64,000 bases of DNA. Source: the human T2T-CHM13v2.0 reference genome, Homo sapiens. A program made the translations under genes and the position numbers. How positions within the stretch are numbered: position 1 is the first letter of the stretch; every line of letters begins with the position of its first letter. Positions 56,867 to 64,000 of this stretch are shown here, piece by piece. The notes beneath the pieces are model-generated. The model was not told the origin of the DNA. It ran no database searches and saw nothing but the letters and a program-made list of their open reading frames with translations. The DNA is taken from NCBI RefSeq assembly GCF_009914755.1, contig NC_060932.1; one strand, 5' to 3'.

Positions 56867-59544
56867 GTTAACACACACTCTGAGGATCTCAATACATATT
56901 TTCTATTTAAAAATGTTTCCTGGAGCAACCATATAACATTAAGTGAATTTTTTTTTTCTTTCCATGTCTGGTTTATTTCACTTACCATAATGCCATCCAG
57001 GTTCATCCATATCATCAAATACAGCAATTTTAATCTTTTTTTAAGATTGAATACTATATACATAATACTTATATTATTGAGTTTACATTATAAGAATTAT
57101 AAGATTAAGTGAATATTTAATTTAATCAGGCAAAAGGAAGTTTGTGACTTGAAATAACTAACTGGCCCAAACTCACCTGATATTTTCACAACTTTCCACT
57201 TCCTTTTGGCTACAAAGATACAACAGATGTACAAACTAAAGAGAGAACACAGTGTTCCAGAAAATGATTATGCTTTTGGCAGCTACCCACATAAGTGTAG
57301 TAAGTACAGTATAATGACAGTCCTCCCTGGAAGCTTCTTGTTCTGTAGAGAGATTTACCCTCATTTCAAGTCTCGCATTCCAAAATACATTGTTGAATTA
57401 TCCTTAACAACCAACCTTAGAAAGCTCAATTCCTTTAATTAATTTTTCAAAAAGTTAAAAAGTTAAACAAAATAGAGAAAATTGCACATAATGAAGATCG
57501 CAGTGTTGCTGACTTAGGATTGGAGCCAGGACTGGCAAACGCCATGGCTTTCCTAAGCCTACACACACTATATTTATAGGTGTTGCATACTGCACTACAG
57601 CTTTTGGAAATACTCAGTTAGTGCTCACGAGGCCTTCTAGAATAGGAAAGGGCATGGGTTCCCTTAATGCTAAATAAACTTCTAGAATTGATCAACTACC
57701 TTAAGAAGGGCTTCTGAGCCCTTCTTTAGTTGCTCAGCTATTCCCAGTCTGCCCTTAAGGAAATGCAGGCAGCTACCTGAAGGTAAAGCACATTAATAAA
57801 AAGAAGAAAGAAAAGAAACAGGTCCAATACTGCAGGTTATTTTCTAAAATGATCCAATGCACTAATGCATAAGGTCCCCAAAAGTTTGTTCCATGCTGCC
57901 TCTGCAGCAAAGATGGCACACAGAGGCCCCATGTCTGCAAAACAGCCCAGACCCTTTCCATTCAACAAGCCCCGGAGACAGATGCTGAGGGGTCATGAGG
58001 CAGCACAGGCCCCCCATCTACAGCTCACTCCTCCTCTGCTCACTTTGTATTTGGATGCTGAGAGATTCTAGTATTTGAACAGCACCCAACATTGTTCACA
58101 ATAATGTTAAGCTCCAACAAAATCTCCCTACATAATTTCACATCAATGTGAAATTCAATATATTTTCACAGTGCATTGTTATTATTTTCCTAAAACCACT
58201 GACTTCATTTCAAGCTTCTACAGAACTGGAAATAATTTGAATTGTAAGATCTTCATTAAAAAAATAAAACGTGGACGTTTCTTAGGTCTTCCCACTCATT
58301 TCTGGATGGTTTCATTCCTGAAAGCCTATGAGGGGGAAATAACTCAAATAGCAAATTTTAGCCTGTGGGTCTCATCCTGGGTCTTATCTCTACTCTGCCA
58401 CTAATTAGCTGTGCGGCCAGAGTGCACTTCACAATCTCTCTCCTGGCCTCAACTTCTTCCTTCTATAACAAGGAAGTTGGACTAAATACTGTCAAATATC
58501 CCTTCTAAGCCTAAAATGCTCCAATTGACTCCAGGAAAATAACCTAAGAAATGCATATTTTAATTCAAAGTAAAATTAAAGCATGATGAAATAAAAACAT
58601 GGCGTTTAGATTTCTAACATCATTTTAGAGGCTGTACTGCAGATTGGAGTAGAGATTGTGAATTTAAGAGAAAAGCAACAATGTCAAGACAAAGGAACAT
58701 GGGTAATTTACAAAGGCCTCCGAAAGTTACTAAGCTTTCATGTGATATCATGCACATGTTGTTTAAGAGTTTGTGGAGTCAAAAAGGAGTCAAAAGCTTT
58801 CTCCTTCAGCGCAGGAGATTTTGTAATATTTCTAAATGATCCAGCCAAACAACATTGGAGGAAGAAAAAAAATCAAACACTACACTACACAAGCCATCAT
58901 CCTGTCACAAAGCCATTAGCGCTCATGAAAAACGATGGTATTGTTAAGGTTTATTTATAGTTCTTTCTTAATCAAATAAAAAACGAACAGGAAAACACTC
59001 TGAATATAAATTTTTAAAGACTTTAAAGACCCAAGACCAGTAGCAAAAACATATATGAAGACATAGTCCTACAAATCGTCTTTTAAAAACAAATTGGATA
59101 GGCAGGAATGCTTACGGCTATGGCTGAATTCTGCCTTTCTCCAGGACATCATGAATAATTAGACATCCAGCAGTCTAGGTTACTGCCATCAGGACTTTGG
59201 GGAACTTGACAATGTGAAAAAGATTCTGTCCCCAATCCAACTTACATTTTATGCAATTTGCCTCAAACACCACTGTAGCATCTTACAGTAAAGCAAGATA
59301 ATGTGTGTCATATTTTTTTAAGTCATGCAAACAACTGAAAACAACCAACTCTTCATTCCAGGGATATAAGCATGAATTAAAGGCAGGCCTTCCCTCAAGG
59401 GGCTCACTGTTTAGCAGGAGAGAACAACATTTAATACATAATTGGAACAGGGCATATGAAACACCACGATGCAGATGTACATAAAGGGAAGTGGGGGCAG
59501 GGAAGTGCAAGGAGGAAGCAACCACCTGTGGCTGAAAAACCACA

Positions 59545-59790
59545 GTAGCTACAGTGGTTATGAACCCAAACTCTAGAATGGGGCTCCCCAGTTTCAGACC
59601 GCAGCTTGCTACTTGCTAGCTGTGTGACTCCGAGCAAGACATTCAGCCTCTCTATGCCTCAGTTTCCCAACTGTTAAATGAGAGGGATAGTAATGGTGCC
59701 TACCTACAGGTACCACACAGGGCTGTTGCAAGGCTTCAGCACACAAGTTCATGTGGGGCATCTAGAATGGGGGTCGGTACACAGGAACCA
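59545..59790 (+). mobile_element. MIR
   Basis: ACTTGCTAGCTGTGTGACTCCGAGCAAG...CTCTCTATGCCTCAGTTTCCC. Confidence 0.85.
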
Positions 59791-59799
59791 CACACAGTG

Positions 59800-61130
59800 T
59801 CGACTGTTCTCACTGTTACAGAGAAAGCTTAGATGGTGCTGAATCTTAAACGCTGAGTGGGCATTTCCCAGAAAGACAAGTATAGGCAGAGCCTCCCAGG
59901 CAGAAAACAGTGCATGCCAATGAATACTAGCATGAAAAGCAACCCCACGTGATTTGGTGTAGCTCAAAAGTGACATGTGAGGGGTTGCAAGGCAGGAGGT
60001 AAAGATGGTAAGGACAGATGGCAGAGGGCCTGTGTGTGCCATCCATAGGAATTTCTCCTTTATTCCCACAAGAACGGGAAGTGTGAGTTTCAAGTAGGTA
60101 AGAGCATTGTCAGATCTAGCAGGAGAGTGGAGGATGGCCAGAAAGAGGCAAGGATGGAGACAAAGAGACCAAATAAGAGGCAATAGCAATGGAGAGAGAT
60201 GACCACCATGAAGAGGAAAAATGGTAGTGAAGACACATCAGAGGCAAGCACTTGGGAGCCACAGAGGCAGTTTCATGGTCTTACTGACCCTGAACTGAGG
60301 GTTGCAAGCAAGAGGGTCAAGAAGGAGTCCAGAATGACATCCAGGTCTATGGCTTTGGCAGATGATGAACAGTGGGGTTGATCATGATGGAAATTCAGGC
60401 AGAAGAACAGTACGGGGCTGTTCAGGGAAAATGTCCAGACAGAACCACAAGTCACATTAGCACCTGGGGAAAGTCTGGCCACTACCCTTGTAAGATGACT
60501 GGGCACCAAATCTCAGGGCCGGGCAGAGCTAAAACAGAAGAAAAGCAAGATAAATGGCTGGAAAAATCTAGAGACTGGACCAAATGCTACCTGGGGAGTG
60601 AGGGAGTGAGTAGCCCAGAGCCCCCCTGTACAAGGTACCCAGCAAGCTCCATGCTATGGGTCCAGCGGCTTCAGGGCCCTTGCTGGGACCGAGCAGAGTC
60701 AGAGGCAACGAGTCCACTGTGGGACATGTGGACTTGAAGGAGCTCAAGAGGCAGTGGTAAACAGGACTCTGGAGTTCAGAAAAAGAGGCCTAGAAACAGA
60801 GATTGGAAGGTCATTAGAGAGAGGTGGTGGGTAACGTCCCACCCAGAGAGGGTAACGTGAATTAGAAGAGGGTGAGAAATACGATTGCAAAAGAGAGCTA
60901 TTGAAAGGGGAAAGAGATGGTGTCCCAGGAAGCAAGGAGGAAGATCAAGAATAGAGAAGTAAACACTGAAATGCTGCCAAAAAGTTAAGTAAGTGCATCC
61001 TCGGATTTGTCAATTAGAAAGTCATGGTGAGAAGGGTCACAGTGTTATTCATGGGAGCTCCACTGCGGGGGGCTGAAGAGTGAATGGGAAGTGAGAAGGC
61101 TGCTGGGGAAGCAGGGAGAAGTCACTGGAC
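59800..61130 (-). mobile_element. L2 fragments
   Basis: GAGCTGAATCTT-like motif, GGAGTCCAGAATGACATCCAGGTCTATGGCTTTGG, GGATTTGTCAATTAGAAAGTCATGGTGA. Confidence 0.6.
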
Positions 61131-61821
61131 AAAGCAGTCCCATGAGGTCCCCTTGATATGCTCTTCATACAGATTTTTAAAAAATAAGAAATTTGTCCAA
61201 GGTCCCTCAACCAGAAAGTCAGAAAGCTGGATTTCAGTTCCTTGCCTTCCGGCCCCAGAACCAACGCTCTTTCCATCATACACTTTGGAAACATTGTGTT
61301 TGGGGTTAGGATATGGGAGGAAACCAACAGCTGTGAACATTGAGAATATTAACTATGAATACGATGCACACTTGTTCATGCTTTTGCTCTCATGGGAAAA
61401 TAAACTAATATTTGAATAAGCACATAGCACAAGCTACTATCTCATTAATACCCATAACAATTGTTTTTTACAGACATTTACATTGTACAGAAGAGGACAC
61501 GGAGGCTCACAGGCTAAGGTAACTTGCCCAATAAGGCCGAAGAATTAAGCAGAGGAGCAGTGATTCTCAAAGAAGTTAATCTGGAGGCACTACTGATACT
61601 GCTTTAAAACTTACCTATGTACCTCACACTTAGTAGGATGGCTACTATTTTTTTAAGATCAGAAAATAACAAGTGTTAGCAAAGATGTGGAGAAATTGGA
61701 ATTCTTGTGAATCACCGGTAGGAATGCAAAATGGTGCAGCTGCTATGGAAAAGAGAATGGATAACCCACAAAAAAAATCATTGATTTACCATATGATCCA
61801 GCAATTTTGCTTCTAAGTATA

Positions 61822-62288
61822 CAATCATCCCTCATTATCTATGGGGGACTGGTTCCAGGACTCCCCACAGATACCAAAATCCTTGAATGCACAAGTCTCT
61901 TCCATAAAATGCCATAGGATTTGCATGTGACCTAGGAACATCCTCCCTTATTTTTTAAACATCTCTAGATTACTCATAATACCTGACGCAATGTAAAGGC
62001 TATGTAAATAATTGTTGCAGTGTATTGCTTTTTTCTTTTTTTCTTTTTTTTGCTTTGTTTTTTTGAGATGAGGTCTCACTATGTTACCCAGTCTGGTCTC
62101 AAACTCAAGCAATCTGCCTGCCTTTGCCTCCCATGCTGGGACTACAGGCATGAGCCACCGCGCCCAGCCTCGTTTTTTATTTTTAGTTTTTTAATGACTC
62201 ATTGCTATTTTTCTTGTTTTATTTTTTCAAATATTTTCAGGTCACAGTTGGTTGAATCCACAGATGCAGAACCCACAAGGCCAAGTGT
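61822..62288 (+). mobile_element. MER2 inserted at a TA in the L1
   Basis: CAATCATCCCTCATTATCTATGGGGGACTGGTTCCAGGAC...GTTGGTTGAATCCACAGATGCAGAACCC. Confidence 0.9.
62029..62169 (-). mobile_element. FLAM / Alu left-arm monomer
   Basis: GAGATGAGGTCTCACTATGTTACCCAG...GAGCCACCGCGCCCAGCC. Confidence 0.9.
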
Positions 62289-62827
62289 ATACCCAAAAGA
62301 ATTGAAAGCAGGATCTCAAAGAGATTTCTGTACACCCATGTTCATAGTAGCATTATTTGCAACAGCCAAAAGGTGGAAACAACCCAACTGTCCATCAACA
62401 AATGAAGAGATACATAAAATGCTCTGATCATGAAGTGGAATATTACTCAGCCTTAAAAAGGAAGGAAATTTGGAAACAAGCTATAACACAAGTGAACCAT
62501 GAGGATCTGATGCTGAGTAAAATAAGCCCATCACTAAAGGGCAAAAATTATATGATGTTACTCACATGAGGTCCCTGAAGTAGTCAGGTCCATTGAGCTA
62601 GAAAGTAAAATTACAGTTGCCAGGAGATGGTTAATGAGGAACAGGAGTTCTTGTTTAATGGGTACAGTTTCAATTTTGCAAGATGAAGAGTTCTAGAAAT
62701 GGATGGCAGTGATGGTTACAAAAGAATGTGAATCTACCTATTGCCACTGAATTGTACACTTAAACACTGTTAACACTGTAAATTTTATGTTCAGTGTATT
62801 TCATCAAAATTTTTAAAAGAACTTAGG

Positions 62828-63135
<308 letters not shown>

Positions 63136-63812
63136 TTAGGTAAGTATTATTTCCCATTTTAAAATAAGAAATAAGGCACAACGATGTTAAGTCAGGTTTT
63201 TTTTTTAGTAATATAAATTGTTTACTGCAGACCTGGGCCTAGAAACCAAACCTCCTATTTCCGGGTGTGTGATCTTCCTAGACAGCACTCACAGGTTTGC
63301 TTTCAACTTCGACTGTGACTTGAGGTTAGGAAGTCATTATAATGTGTTGCCATGGTGTCCTTCCTTATTAATAAACCTGGCCCAGTGATCTTTCCTATCT
63401 ACAAAATCAGGCTAATAGCCTTCCTTTTATGCCTCTCATAATGGTACTAAGGTGTTTTTATATTATTGACAAAGTAGTTATGGGTGAAAATATGATAGAA
63501 AGGATACGGACCGTATGACACAGCCTTCCTCACCATTAATCAGGGAGGACTTAGTGCATGATCCATGGTGGTATCTATGAATGTGAACCAAGTCTCTCCC
63601 TCTATCCCTGCACCTACAATTGATTGAACTGAAAACATCCGATGTTCCTATCTCTTTCTGTAATTGTCCTTCCTCTCTTGAACAAACTTCTTAAAGGCAA
63701 ATCTTAACATATGCTAAAAATGAAACAAATAGACCACCAAAATCTGTCTGTCCAAGAAAAGGCAATCAACCTCTATAAAATTCTTTGAAACCCTTGAGGT
63801 CACTTTCCTGCA

Positions 63813-64000
63813 GTGTGGCAGTAGCCCCTAGTTTCCCATATCATATCCATCCTTCCCTTTCTCTTAGTAACAGAACATTTGTATTTTTGAAGGGGGCAAA
63901 ATTTCTGGAGAAATTACCTTTCCCAATATCCACTGAAAACAGGGATAGCCAATGAAATGTCAGTGGAAGTCCTTAGGTGGGGTTTGCAGGAAGGAATGTA
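63813..64000 (+). mobile_element. Old MaLR/ERVL LTR (MLT1J/K-like), truncated by the window edge
   Basis: CTTCCCTTTTCTCTTAGTAACAGAAC...GCCAATGAAATGTCAGTGGAAGT. Confidence 0.5.

Larger units (their letters stand above)
61615..62815 (+). mobile_element. L1MB-type 3' end interrupted by MER2
   Basis: AATAACAAGTGTTAGCAAAGATGTGGAGAAATTGGAA...ACCCAAAAGAATTGAAAGCAGG...GCCACTGAATTGTACACTTAAA. Confidence 0.92.

Overview
Primate (human-like) genomic DNA with no supportable protein-coding exon. It is dominated by interspersed repeats: about 31 Alu copies, old L1M/L1PB fragments, L2, MIR, MER2/Tigger3/MER5/MER58/MADE1 DNA transposons and several solo LTRs, often nested. The main non-repeat signal is a CpG-enriched minus-strand exon ending in a strong donor (GAG|GTGAGT at 45690). 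From memory, without a search, it resembles a 5'-UTR/first exon of CSGALNACT1. The rest would then be intron and upstream sequence of a minus-strand gene, which fits most L1 fragments lying on +. Plus-strand splice signals at about 41.8 and 44.4-44.5 kb suggest an overlapping antisense spliced RNA. Other points of interest are a perfect 12-bp tandem repeat inside a decayed L1 ORF1, a ~370-bp purine tract with 12 consecutive GGAA units, a sense-oriented THE1 LTR upstream of the exon, and parallel Alu insertions into two MER2 copies. I see no evidence of a new multi-gene system. Repeat subfamily calls and boundaries are by eye and approximate.
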